A stretch of 64,000 nucleotides of DNA from Acidaminococcaceae bacterium (GCA_017554485.1 JAFZIG010000041.1:7128-71127); one strand, 5' to 3'; shown: positions 49,440 to 59,277, counted from the stretch's first letter. Notes: generated by a model from the letters alone, not told the origin. Numbers and translations are program-made.

Positions 49440-50360
49440 CTATTTCAAAAATCCGTTAATGATCTGTTCTTCCGCCTGTTCCTGCGTCAGGCCCAGGGTC
49501 ATCAGCTTCACGATCTGCTCACCGGCGATCTTGCCGATGGCCGCTTCATGGACCAGGGCTGCGTCCACATTGTTGGCGTCCAGCTGGGGAATGGCTAGTA
49601 CCCTTGCCTTGTCCATGATGATGGCGTCGCACTCCGTGTGGCCCTTGCAGGCAGCGTTGCCGGTAATGCGGGAGGAAAACTCCTGGAAAGACTCTTCCCT
49701 TGCCACGGAACGGGATACCACATCCGCCGAAGCGCCGTCACCGTTCAGATACGTTTCATAAATGCTCTTTGCATTCTGGCTACCGTGGGTCATAAGGCGT
49801 TCCCGCACCGCCAGGGACGCGTTGGCCGCCAGTTCCGCTTTCGTGGTGCGGACGGTGGAGTCCACCCCCTTGATCTGGACCATCTCCATCTCCATGGAGC
49901 TGCCTTCTTCCAGATAGGCTTCCGTCACCGGGTTCAAGATGCGTTTGCCCCGTCCGTCCCCTTCGCCGTAATGCTTCTCCACATATTTTACTTTGCTGTT
50001 TTTCCCTACAAAGAAACGGTGCACCCCGTCGTGCTCCGAATCCTGCACACCGCAGTTATGGATGCCGCAGCCCGCCACGATTACCACGTCGCAGTCTGCC
50101 CCGATATAAAAATCATTGTACACGGTTTCCTTTAATCCGCTGTCGCTGAGCACCACCGGGATGTGCACGCTTTCCTTTTTGGTGCCGGGCTTGATGCGGA
50201 TGTCGATGCCGCTCACATCGCTCTTGGAAACAATGTCAATGTTGGCCGTGGTATTGCGGGCCGCCAGCCTGCTGTTAGCACGGATGTTGTAGGCGCCGGC
50301 AGGCACCTCATGGAGATCCGCGATCTCTGCCAGAAGTCGTTTCTGAATTGCATCAATCAC
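49440..50360 (-). CDS. SufB/SufD-family Fe-S assembly protein (SmsB-like)
   Basis: VHIPV, AGCGIH, KGHTECDAII, LVHEAAIGKI, LMTLGLT..AE..II.GFL. Confidence 0.88.
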   Translation of the reverse strand: MIDAIQKRLLAEIADLHEVPAGAYNIRANSRLAARNTTANIDIVSKSDVSGIDIRIKPGTKKESVHIPVVLSDSGLKETVYNDFYIGADCDVVIVAGCGIHNCGVQDSEHDGVHRFFVGKNSKVKYVEKHYGEGDGRGKRILNPVTEAYLEEGSSMEMEMVQIKGVDSTVRTTKAELAANASLAVRERLMTHGSQNAKSIYETYLNGDGASADVVSRSVAREESFQEFSSRITGNAACKGHTECDAIIMDKARVLAIPQLDANNVDAALVHEAAIGKIAGEQIVKLMTLGLTQEQAEEQIINGFLK

Positions 50361-51099
50361 AGCTCACACCTCCCCGTTTCAGGCAGCCGCATACACCGAC
50401 CGCGTTCCCCGTTCCCATCAGTTCGGGAAAAACTTCTTCCTTCGAACCGTGTCTGGTCACCTGACCGTTGGCCAGCACCACGATCTCATCCGCAATCTCC
50501 AGGATCCGTTCCTGGTGGGAAATGATGAGGATGGAACGGGTATTGGCAGTACGCATCCGCTCGAAGACACGGATCAGGTTCTGGAAACTCCACAGGTCAA
50601 TGCCCGCCTCCGGCTCGTCAAAAATGGCCAGTTGAGTGCCTCTTGCCAGCACCGTGGCAATCTCGATCCGTTTTAATTCGCCACCGGACAGGGACGCGTT
50701 GACTTCTCGGTTGATATAATCCCGGGCGCAAAGCCCTACTTCCGACAGATATTCACAGCTGGCACTGACGGTGAGCTGCTTGCCTGCCGCAATCCGCAGC
50801 AGGTCCAGCACCGTGATGCCTTTAAATTTCGCAGGCTGCTGGAAGGCAAAACTGATGCCTAACTTCGCCCGCTCCGTAATGCCCATGTCTGTAATGTCTT
50901 CCCCGTTAAACAAAATGTGGCCTTCACTGGGCTTCTCAATGCCCGCGATGAGCTTGGCCATGGTGGACTTGCCACCGCCGTTGGGCCCGGTGACCACCAC
51001 AAATTTCCCATCATCAATTTTTAAATCCAGATGCCGGATGATCTCTTTCTCTTTACTTTCATCCTGCACGTTAAAGCTGATATCCTTTAACTCTAACAT
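50353..51099 (-). CDS. SufC-like ABC ATPase (SmsC-like) with Cys-rich C-terminus
   Basis: GPNGGGKST, LSGGELKRIE, FDEPEAGID, ISHQ; tail VCGCLKRGGVSCD; overlaps the sufB-like start. Confidence 0.88.
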   Translation of the reverse strand: MLELKDISFNVQDESKEKEIIRHLDLKIDDGKFVVVTGPNGGGKSTMAKLIAGIEKPSEGHILFNGEDITDMGITERAKLGISFAFQQPAKFKGITVLDLLRIAAGKQLTVSASCEYLSEVGLCARDYINREVNASLSGGELKRIEIATVLARGTQLAIFDEPEAGIDLWSFQNLIRVFERMRTANTRSILIISHQERILEIADEIVVLANGQVTRHGSKEEVFPELMGTGNAVGVCGCLKRGGVSCD

Positions 51100-51226
51100 A
51101 GTTCCTCTCCAGTAATTATCTTTGTTATTTGATCAGCCGTAATCGTTGCTCCCTCATGCTATAACTCTGTAGGCAGTAACTCACTGCTTCATGTTTCCCT
51201 GCAATACTGCATGAAACAAACACCGC

Positions 51227-51487
51227 TTAACCATTCTTCTGTAATGCTTCCCCAATCGCGATCGCCAGCTGGTCGGCGCAGGACGTACCCCGTCCGCTGC
51301 AGTCATTGCCCCGCAGCAAAGCCGCGATATCTTTTGCGTCGGCGCCTTCAACCAGTTTCCCGATGGCCAGCAGGTTGCCCGGACAGCCGCCGGTAAATGT
51401 TACGTTATGTAATCTGCCCTGTTCATCCAGCGCAAAGTCAATCCGCCGCGAGCAAACGCCGCTGGGTGTATATGAATAGTTCTTCAC
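51227..51487 (-). CDS. TIGR03905-family TSCPD-domain (4-Cys) protein
   Basis: YTPSGVCSRRI, FTGGCPGNL, LRGNDC..RGTSCADQLA. Confidence 0.88.
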   Translation of the reverse strand: MKNYSYTPSGVCSRRIDFALDEQGRLHNVTFTGGCPGNLLAIGKLVEGADAKDIAALLRGNDCSGRGTSCADQLAIAIGEALQKNG

Positions 51488-51524
51488 GTTCTGATTTCTC
51501 TTTTCCAGTTAATTTTAATATTTA

Positions 51525-53122
51525 GTGTCTGCTCAACAATTCACTTTTTTTGAAAAATAGCTATAGAAAACCCACTATCTATCTGCTCTTCAAAATTTTG
51601 GTTTTCTGTTCCTGCTCATCTGAAACTGCAGATTGGAACGAACCAAAAATATTGGTTACCAGCACTGAAAGGGCTATGGTTGTTAAGGATGTGTCCTTCC
51701 GTTTCCGGGAGATTAATCCCATACCGTTTCTGTGCTTGGCAACGCTGAAGTATCTTTCAATTTCGATACGGTCGCTTTTGTCTTTGGCGATCTCCCTGGC
51801 AATCTGCCGGTTTGTTTCTTCATTAGATGATGGCCTCCCAAGCTTCGGCCCGCTGATCCGTATTTCATTCTTTTTGCAAAAGCCGATGTTATCTTGTGTC
51901 CGGTAAATCTGGTCTATCAAAACACGTTTTGGATAACAATGGTTCCGGTACTTGTACGCTTCCAATGCATTTTGGAGCAAAGCTCCTTCATTGTATGCGT
52001 CAAAGGAAAGGTGTTCTATCCTTGCAAAGCCGCGCTCGTCAACACTGAGATGAAGTTTTGCCCCAAACTCGGTCTGTTTGCTGACCTTGCCTCGCACGAT
52101 GGGACGCACATAAGGCTGGCTGATGCTCACAATCCGATTTGCCACCTGGTGCACATCGTTTTCATACATGTATTTTTGTTGTGCATAGAGGACATGGATA
52201 GTAATGATGTTATTGGCAAATTTCTTGTCCGGGGCATAGCCATCCTGCATAAAAGCATCCAAATAATGCAGGTTTCGGCGGACATACCCGAGCTGTTTCC
52301 GGATAGCGTTTCGTATGCGCTCTTTAGACGGCTTCTTGGATTTTGCAAAAGCAAGGTATTCTTTATGAGCAACTTTTTGGTAGATTCGTGGCTTCACAAG
52401 AGCATACCGGCTGCAAAACCAGTCAAGCATTGCTTCCAGCTTCAACCGGGCTTCATTCAGCAGTGATGTGTCCTGCGGGAAACGGATATTCTGGGGCGCA
52501 ACAGTAGCGTCACAGATTTGCGTGGCAATTAACACACCGGATTTGGCAGAACCAAATCGTTTTTTGAGCCTGCGTGGCTTAGGCATGACATCGCAAAGCG
52601 CGTCGTTCGCTTTGATGACAAATTCTACTTCGATTCGCTTGCGCCATTCCACAAGCAGCGTCGGTACAAACGGCGGCACATGCTGGAATGTTTCCAGGCC
52701 GATGAAGTACTGGTAATAGGGGTTTTCCCGAATCTACTTGACAAGATCCCGGTCTGAGAACCCCATTCGCAGCTGGATGATCAATGAACCAAGAACCATC
52801 CTGCATGGCTTTGCTACGTTTCCGATACCGGAAGGGAACAATGCCGCATAAAGTGCTTCCCAGGCTTTCCATGGCAACTGGCTGGCTCTTTTGAACCATT
52901 CATTTTCACAATCCAGCTGCATTCCGCAGGAAGCGTTGAAGCGAATGAAACTTAACTGCTGGTACTCAAAGTCGGTAGGTTTGTACATGATTTTTGCTCC
53001 AAAGTGCAAGCTGCAAAGCCCATGAATACGTTTTTTCGGTAAAAAAACCTTGCACTTTTAGTATAGCAAAAACCTCTGTAACCCGCTTGGTTATGCTATT
53101 TGTTTAATTATTGAGCAGATAC
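51525..53122 (-). mobile_element. IS5-family insertion sequence, about 1.6 kb, flanked by TA
   Basis: Terminal inverted repeats GTGTCTGCTCAACAATT (left) vs GTATCTGCTCAATAATT (reverse complement of right); TA at 51523-4 and 53123-4. Confidence 0.88.
51579..52988 (-). pseudogene. IS5-family DDE transposase interrupted by an in-frame TAG at 52734-52736
   Basis: ORFs 52734..53009 and 51579..52679 are in the same frame: ...FSDRDLVK*IRENPYYQYFIG...; IATQICDAT, RPIVRGK..EFGAK, VLIDQIY, DRIEIERYF. Confidence 0.88.
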
Positions 53123-53128
53123 TATATA

Positions 53129-53157
53129 ATTATATCATGAATTTACCGATATGTTTA
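53129..53157 (-). promoter_or_regulatory. host promoter whose predicted TSS coincides with the IS insertion point
   Basis: TAAACA-17nt-TATAAT with TG extended -10; -10 box ends about 6 nt before the IS boundary. Confidence 0.5.
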
Positions 53158-53389
53158 GTGATTCAAGAAAAAGTAAAACGGCTTTATTTAATATATTAAT
53201 TCAATAGGAAATGCAATGGCGTGTTATTACATTAATGAAAAAAATCTGTTAAATTATAATCGAGCAACGTTTTGTCTGTTTGATCTTCCTTAAAATTATT
53301 CAACCAACAAAATTTGTAAAAAGGTATAGCTATTTTCATAATATGTGGTAAAATAGGAAAGTATTAATCAGCATAAGGAGAGTTATATT

Positions 53390-54220
53390 TTGTCTGAACT
53401 GTTAAAAGCCATCCTGTTCGGTATCGTGGAAGGCGTCACCGAATGGCTGCCCATCTCTTCCACCGGCCACATGATCCTGTTAGACGAATTCATCCACTTA
53501 GGGGTCAGCGCCGAGTTTTACAAACTGTTTGAAGTGGTCATCCAATTAGGAGCCATCCTGGCCGTTATCATTTTATATTTTAAAACCATCTGGCCTTTCC
53601 GCAATAACAACGGTTCCATTACCCTGGACCGGAACACCCTGGACTTATGGGGCAAGATCATCGTGGCCTGCTTCCCTGCTGCCGTCATCGGCGTGTTGTT
53701 CAATGACTGGATGGAAGAACACTTCTTTACACCGGAAGTAGTAGCCATCACCCTGATCCTGTACGGCGCGCTGTTTATTCTCATCGAGTCCCGGAACATC
53801 GGTTCCGGCCAGGTGAAAAACGTGCACGATATTTCCTATAAGAAAGCTTTGCAGGTAGGCATCTTCCAGCTGCTTTCCCTGGTGCCCGGCACCTCCCGTT
53901 CCGGTTCCACCATCATCGGTGGCCTTCTCATCGGCCTGCAGCGCAGCGTAGCCGCAGAATTTACCTTTTACCTGGCAATCCCCGTCATGATCGGTGCCTC
54001 CCTGCTGAAGCTAATCAAATATATAATGAAAGTAGGTTTCGTGTTTAACGGCAGCGAATTGCTGATTCTTGCGGTGGGCTGCGTGGTAGCCTTCATCATC
54101 AGCATCCTGGTAATCCGCTTCCTGATGGCCTACATCAAAAAGCACAACTTTACGGTGTTCGGATATTACCGTATCGTACTTGGGTTAATGGTGCTTGGCT
54201 ATTTTAGATTGTTGAATTAA
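53390..54220 (+). CDS. uppP: undecaprenyl-diphosphate phosphatase (BacA)
   Basis: GIVEGVTEWLPISSTGH, IQLGAILAV, VPGTSRSGSTI, AAEFTFYLAIP. Confidence 0.96.
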   Translation: MSELLKAILFGIVEGVTEWLPISSTGHMILLDEFIHLGVSAEFYKLFEVVIQLGAILAVIILYFKTIWPFRNNNGSITLDRNTLDLWGKIIVACFPAAVIGVLFNDWMEEHFFTPEVVAITLILYGALFILIESRNIGSGQVKNVHDISYKKALQVGIFQLLSLVPGTSRSGSTIIGGLLIGLQRSVAAEFTFYLAIPVMIGASLLKLIKYIMKVGFVFNGSELLILAVGCVVAFIISILVIRFLMAYIKKHNFTVFGYYRIVLGLMVLGYFRLLN

Positions 54221-54233
54221 CAAAACGATAAGC

Positions 54234-54264
54234 AATACCCGGAGCCGGCAAGGCTCCGGGTATT
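54234..54264. terminator. bidirectional terminator between uppP and the GGDEF gene
   Basis: 13-bp perfect stem AATACCCGGAGCC/GGCTCCGGGTATT. Confidence 0.85.
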
Positions 54265-54357
54265 ATCTTTTTCAAGCATTATAGTAAAACCGGATTTATT
54301 ACGGCAAGGTCACGTCCAACGCCCCATCAGTGTTCCGGCCGGGTCAGGAAGCCAGAT

Positions 54358-55713
54358 TCATTCCCTCATGACAGCTCCCATACTCTTCAGTTGGTTTTTC
54401 CGTTTGTACATCATCGCATCGGCCCGGTCAAAGACATCCTGGAACGTGTTGTCGTGCCCCGGTATAAAATCGGACATGCCTGCGGATACCACGACCCTGC
54501 CTTCCCGCAGGTTTTGCTCGACCTGTTGGTCAAAAGCGTCCAGTATCTTCTGCCGCTCCGCAAAATCACGTCCCTTTATGACAACTGCAAACTCGTCGCC
54601 GCCGGTACGGAAGACCGGACTGTGGGCGTAGTGCTCACAAATCATGGCGCTGGCAGCGCAGATCAGCGCATCCCCCGCCTGGTGACCACGGGTATCGTTC
54701 ATCAGCTTAAGCCCGTTTATATCAAAGGCAGCAACGGCAAATTCATGTATCGCCCCTTCCTGTATCATGAGGTTGAGCTTCGATTCCTCTTCCACGTAGG
54801 ACAGCTTGCTTTTTACACCGGTAAGGGCATCCTTGTAGGCCAGCGCAGACACCTTGTCGATATGGGCCTGCAGGTCTTCACGCATATTCCGGATCTGTGT
54901 GCCCAGTTCGCGGATCTCATCGTAAGACCGGCGTTCCATTTCCGTGATTGTTATATCAGTCGCATCGGAGGGCTTTTCTTCCGGCGGCGCTACGCCGGTG
55001 ACTGTCCTGGTAAAGGTGTTTACGTCCACGGCCAATTCCCGCATCTCGTCATTAAGTTCACGGAACCGCCGCCGCAGTCTGCTGGTTGCTATCAATACGA
55101 TTACTGCCCCTATCAGAAGGGACATGATACAGCCTGCCAAAATCGTGAACCCGACCCTGCTGATCTGGTTGTCGTACCACTCCGCGTCGCAATCCGCAGC
55201 CACAAAACCCACGATTTTAGCGGAAGAATTGTAAATCGGGCAATAAGCGGTGTAGAACCTGCCATAATCATCCTCATAAGGTTCCTCCGTGACAGCCGAC
55301 GTTCCCCCTGCCGCTTTCAGAAGCGCATCGTTTATCTGAACCGCTTCCCCGAAGACAGCCGCATTGGCCGGCGCCGGATCAATAGTAAAGATAAAGGTGC
55401 CGTCATCGTTCTTCCGGATCCCGTAAATATATTTTACGGTCGTATGGTTCAGGAAGGTAGACAAGGTGTCATAAACTGTCCGGTATTCTTTTGCTTCAGT
55501 ATTGTTTTGTGTAATTTTTTCATAGGCGTCACCGTCGATCATACTCGCTGCGGTTCTGGCAATATCCAGCATCCGGTCATGGATCTGTGTCTTCAGGGCA
55601 GTCTTTGCCTGGCTCATCAGAATCATGCCTAACACTATATTTGCCAGCAGGAGCAGGAGTGATATAAGAATCAGTGCCTGGGTCCTGAAACCTAAATTCC
55701 TGTCTTTCACCAT
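54358..55713 (-). CDS. membrane diguanylate cyclase (2 TM, Cache-like sensor, GGDEF)
   Basis: DALTGV, FDINGLKLMND..GHQAGD, RTGGDEF, VFDRADAMMY. Confidence 0.92.
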   Translation of the reverse strand: MVKDRNLGFRTQALILISLLLLLANIVLGMILMSQAKTALKTQIHDRMLDIARTAASMIDGDAYEKITQNNTEAKEYRTVYDTLSTFLNHTTVKYIYGIRKNDDGTFIFTIDPAPANAAVFGEAVQINDALLKAAGGTSAVTEEPYEDDYGRFYTAYCPIYNSSAKIVGFVAADCDAEWYDNQISRVGFTILAGCIMSLLIGAVIVLIATSRLRRRFRELNDEMRELAVDVNTFTRTVTGVAPPEEKPSDATDITITEMERRSYDEIRELGTQIRNMREDLQAHIDKVSALAYKDALTGVKSKLSYVEEESKLNLMIQEGAIHEFAVAAFDINGLKLMNDTRGHQAGDALICAASAMICEHYAHSPVFRTGGDEFAVVIKGRDFAERQKILDAFDQQVEQNLREGRVVVSAGMSDFIPGHDNTFQDVFDRADAMMYKRKNQLKSMGAVMRE

Positions 55714-55826
55714 AATCCTCCATCACGCTGTTTACATTGCTCTTATTATAATCAATCCGGTCTTTCTTCAGAGGGGCAAGCGGAACTTGAAATTCACAAA
55801 ATCACTGTCTAAAACACCGGTATCCG

Positions 55827-57296
55827 TCACTCTTCAATCACCAGACGTTTTTCAATGGACGCTGTAATAAAAGGCCGGGAGGTAAAATATTCTTCCAGCA
55901 GTCCCAGGCTCCGGGTAGCAACAACCTTTGGCATACCGTTGCGTGCAACCTCTGCTTCGGAGATACCCAGACCCGTCTGCAGGTTTTTGAAATGGAACTT
56001 GTGCATGCCTACCCGCAGTATTTCTTCGTCCCCCACTTCCTGCCCGTACATAGTAAGACTGACAACTTTTTTCTTCTTCCGGTTGTACACCACCCGCATA
56101 CCTTCAGAGAACTGATAGAACTCCGTATGGGCGTCCGCATCAAAGGCCTCCTCCCGCAGCATGTATTTCATCATGCGCCGCAACTGCTTCCCGGTGACCA
56201 TATAACGGTATACTTCTTCATCAAAAGGCTCCATTTCCTGCAGATCCTTCAGGGTCATGACGGGCCCGATAAAATGGCTGCGCAGACTGCCGGAAGCATG
56301 CAGCATAATGTCCAGCCCCAGGGAAATTTTAAAGGCATCCGCAAAGATTTTCCCCACCTGGGTCTCCCGGTTGCGGACAGGATGTGTGTACCGTTCCGGG
56401 AAACGGGTCAGGATCCGGTTGTATTTGGTTTCCGTAATATTGTGATATTTTTCAATGACTTCCTTCAGCACCTCATCCTCCGGGCAGTTCTCCGGCGTGA
56501 TGGGGATCAGCTGCCAGGTATAGCTGTCAATGCTGTTCAGGTCCGTGTCCACCATAATATCAAAGCGGCCGATCTGGTCGGTGCCGGAAGCAGCCTGGAC
56601 GATGGGAATGCCGTTGACCTCAATGGGTTTTTCCAGCAAAGTATGGCTGTGCCCTCCGATGATCAGGTCAACGCCCCAGCGGGGATCCAGTATGGCTGCC
56701 AGTTTCCGGTCCGCCTCAATGCCGATATGGGTCAGGAGCACGGTAAAATCAATGTCCTCCGTTTGGTAGGCGTCGCAGATACGGCCCACTTCATCCGCCG
56801 CTTCCTTGATATCCACCAGGGTGCCGATGAGATTTTCCAGCTTGGTCTTCTGCAGCACTTCTTCCGTCAGTATGCCGATGAAAAGCACCTGCATCCCGCC
56901 AATCTTCAGAATGCGGTGTGAATGGAAAAGGCGCCTGCCATTGGTCTTCAGGTACATGTTGGCATTGATGATGGGAAAGTTGGCGCACTTTTCCAGAAAC
57001 AGCAGGTGGGCCAGCCCGTAATCCACCTCGTGGTTGCCGATGGTTACTACATCCGGCGCCAGCAGGTTCATGATTTCTATGGTGGAAACGCCCTTGTATT
57101 CCTTATCGATGAGAGAACCCTGGAACATATCCCCTGCGATGGCGTAAACTACATTTTCTTCTTCCCGGCGCACTTTGTTCACATAGCCGGAAAGCATGGA
57201 AACACCGCCCACCAGCTTGTTGTCTACCTTTTCTACCATAAAGTCCCCATGCAGGTCATTGGAATGAAGCAAGGTCAGTTTCTTTAAGTGTTTCAT
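55827..57296 (-). CDS. bifunctional metallophosphatase / 5'-nucleotidase, no signal peptide
   Basis: HSNDLHG, AGDMFQGS, GNHEVDYG, LTHIG, IGGHSH; 5'-NT C-terminal domain. Confidence 0.9.
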   Translation of the reverse strand: MKHLKKLTLLHSNDLHGDFMVEKVDNKLVGGVSMLSGYVNKVRREEENVVYAIAGDMFQGSLIDKEYKGVSTIEIMNLLAPDVVTIGNHEVDYGLAHLLFLEKCANFPIINANMYLKTNGRRLFHSHRILKIGGMQVLFIGILTEEVLQKTKLENLIGTLVDIKEAADEVGRICDAYQTEDIDFTVLLTHIGIEADRKLAAILDPRWGVDLIIGGHSHTLLEKPIEVNGIPIVQAASGTDQIGRFDIMVDTDLNSIDSYTWQLIPITPENCPEDEVLKEVIEKYHNITETKYNRILTRFPERYTHPVRNRETQVGKIFADAFKISLGLDIMLHASGSLRSHFIGPVMTLKDLQEMEPFDEEVYRYMVTGKQLRRMMKYMLREEAFDADAHTEFYQFSEGMRVVYNRKKKKVVSLTMYGQEVGDEEILRVGMHKFHFKNLQTGLGISEAEVARNGMPKVVATRSLGLLEEYFTSRPFITASIEKRLVIEE

Positions 57297-57392
57297 TGGT
57301 TGTCCTTTCTGCTGCTTTCAGCAAAAAAAATCTTTAAATGTCTTTGGAGTAAAACGAAAAAAACGCTTCGAAATGAATAATGACATATTTTT

Positions 57393-58103
57393 CTATGCCT
57401 GCCACACATACTTTGTGATCACATCGATGCAGGAAAGCCGTCCGCCTTCCATATAAGCCCCCGTATCACACAAGATGATGTTGTTCTCCCGGATCACAGG
57501 GTACTTGTCCCAGGCAATATCCTTAAACATGTACTGCAGGTTCTGGATAGGCGTATGCCCTACTATAACGGTTTCTTTACCGTTATACCCGTTGTAAAAC
57601 TCATCCCGGATCCAGATCAGGTCTTTTTCCTGCTGCTGATCCAGGGGAACACCGGGCTTTACCCCCGCGTGGCAGAAATAATAATCCCCGATACGGTAAT
57701 ACAGAGGAAGGTTCCTGGCATAATCCAGTCTGTGCCGCAGCGCCTTGGGGCCCAGCTCCTGCAACTGCGGCAAAGTCTTGTCCCCGCCGTAGATCAGCCA
57801 TTGGCTGGTGCGGTTCAGGAGGCGTACATCCAGTTCGTCCCTGGTTTTAGCCAAGGCATCGAAATAATCCAGCATCTCCCGCTCATGATTGCCCATAAGA
57901 CAGATGACCGCTTCCGGATGCTGCTTCTGCAAATGCATCACATAATCCAAACACTGCAGTGATTCCGGTCCCCTGTCCATCAGGTCTCCCAGAAAAACCA
58001 GGATGTCCTGTGCCGGATCAAATTTGATGCGGCGCATCAGCGTTTTCAGTTTTTCGTACTGGCCGTGCACGTCGCCTATGGCCATAATGCGGCTGCCAAT
58101 CAT
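57393..58103 (-). CDS. PPP-family (PrpA/ApaH-like) metallophosphoesterase
   Basis: IGDVHG, GDLMDRG, GNHE, HAG, GHTP, DTGA. Confidence 0.9.
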   Translation of the reverse strand: MIGSRIMAIGDVHGQYEKLKTLMRRIKFDPAQDILVFLGDLMDRGPESLQCLDYVMHLQKQHPEAVICLMGNHEREMLDYFDALAKTRDELDVRLLNRTSQWLIYGGDKTLPQLQELGPKALRHRLDYARNLPLYYRIGDYYFCHAGVKPGVPLDQQQEKDLIWIRDEFYNGYNGKETVIVGHTPIQNLQYMFKDIAWDKYPVIRENNIILCDTGAYMEGGRLSCIDVITKYVWQA

Positions 58104-58344
58104 TATAATCCTCGCATCATCAACAATTTAATTAAATATCTTTATAATTATTTTAACCGATTTTGGTATTTTAGTAAATCGTCATAGATTTGACAAAAAT
58201 AATAAGTATACTGACTGCGAAAAGAAAAAAGTTTCATTATTTACGTTTAAAAATCTTTACGTTTATGAATTTCTTTTGGATAATATCTGTAAAACGCATC
58301 AGTTTACATTTTTTACTGAGTTAAAAAATACGGAGGTAACGCCT

Positions 58345-59277
58345 ATGAAAAACTGGAAAATGACGGCAGCAGGACTTCTCGCTGTTTCCTTTTTAACTGC
58401 AGGGCTTGCCTGCCCCCTCCCTGCCGGTGCGGCTGCAGTAAACCAGAAACAGTCCGCTACTACAGAGTATAAAGAAGGTTCGGTGATACCGGCTTCCAAA
58501 ACGGAAGCCATGCGGCTGGCTGCCAAAGAAAAAGCTTTATCAGAGTATTACATCACCAGCGGCAGCAAGCTGGAAAAAGCCATCTCCCGGCTGGAAAGCC
58601 TGGATCCTGGCAAAACCGGGCTGGATGCAGGAAAACACTATTTTTACCGTATGGACAAAGCACTGACCGGCAATTATTTTCAGCACGTGAAAGCCTTTAC
58701 CCGCAATTTGGAAACGCTGGTGGGCGAATACTTTATTGCCAAAGACAACAGCTGTGTGTTCCGCCGTTTCCCGGAAGACGGGAGCTTTGAAATGCTGGAT
58801 GGCACTACGGAAAAACTGCTGAAGAAGGTTGAAATCTACCGGGCCAGTGCAATTATTCCGTTGAAAGGCAAAGGCAAGGTCCTGGTACGGGTTCCCGGCA
58901 ACCTGCCCTATGACCTGACGCTGACCAGCCTTACGGAAAACATTGCCACCATCAATGAGGAAAACGGCCAGCTGACTATCTCCGGCAACGCACGGGGCTA
59001 TGCGGATGTGTTGGCGGAAGTTGAGATCGGCGGTTATGTAAAGACGGAAAAACTCCGGTTCGCTGTCATGGACGACAGGGACATCTCCAATTATGAAGCA
59101 CGTCAGTATTATCCGGTCTATGTGGGAATGGGCTGGGGCTGGGGCTGGGGCTGGGATGGCCCGCATCACCCGGGGCCGCCTCCCCCACGTCCCGGTGGCG
59201 GCGGACATGGTCCCCATCCCGGCGGCGGTGGCGGTCATGGCCCGAGGCCCGGCGGCGGTGGCGGTCCGCGGAGATAA
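58345..59277 (+). CDS. secreted hypothetical protein with GW and PGGGG repeat tail (start revised to 58345)
   Basis: GGAGG RBS, signal peptide ending in AGA, C-terminal GWGWGWGW..PPPP..(PGGGG-HG)n. Confidence 0.8.
   Translation: MKNWKMTAAGLLAVSFLTAGLACPLPAGAAAVNQKQSATTEYKEGSVIPASKTEAMRLAAKEKALSEYYITSGSKLEKAISRLESLDPGKTGLDAGKHYFYRMDKALTGNYFQHVKAFTRNLETLVGEYFIAKDNSCVFRRFPEDGSFEMLDGTTEKLLKKVEIYRASAIIPLKGKGKVLVRVPGNLPYDLTLTSLTENIATINEENGQLTISGNARGYADVLAEVEIGGYVKTEKLRFAVMDDRDISNYEARQYYPVYVGMGWGWGWGWDGPHHPGPPPPRPGGGGHGPHPGGGGGHGPRPGGGGGPRR
59131..59154 (+). repeat. (GGCTGG)4 perfect in-frame hexamer repeat
   Basis: Read directly; encodes GWGWGWGW. Confidence 0.9.

Noticed and set aside
52734-52736. 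TAG read-through as pyrrolysine in the transposase
   Set aside because: No pyl genes in the window; a simple CAG>TAG nonsense mutation is more parsimonious
58189-58212. TTGACA...TATACT upstream of the GW-tail gene
   Set aside because: The spacer is only 11 nt, incompatible with a single sigma-A promoter
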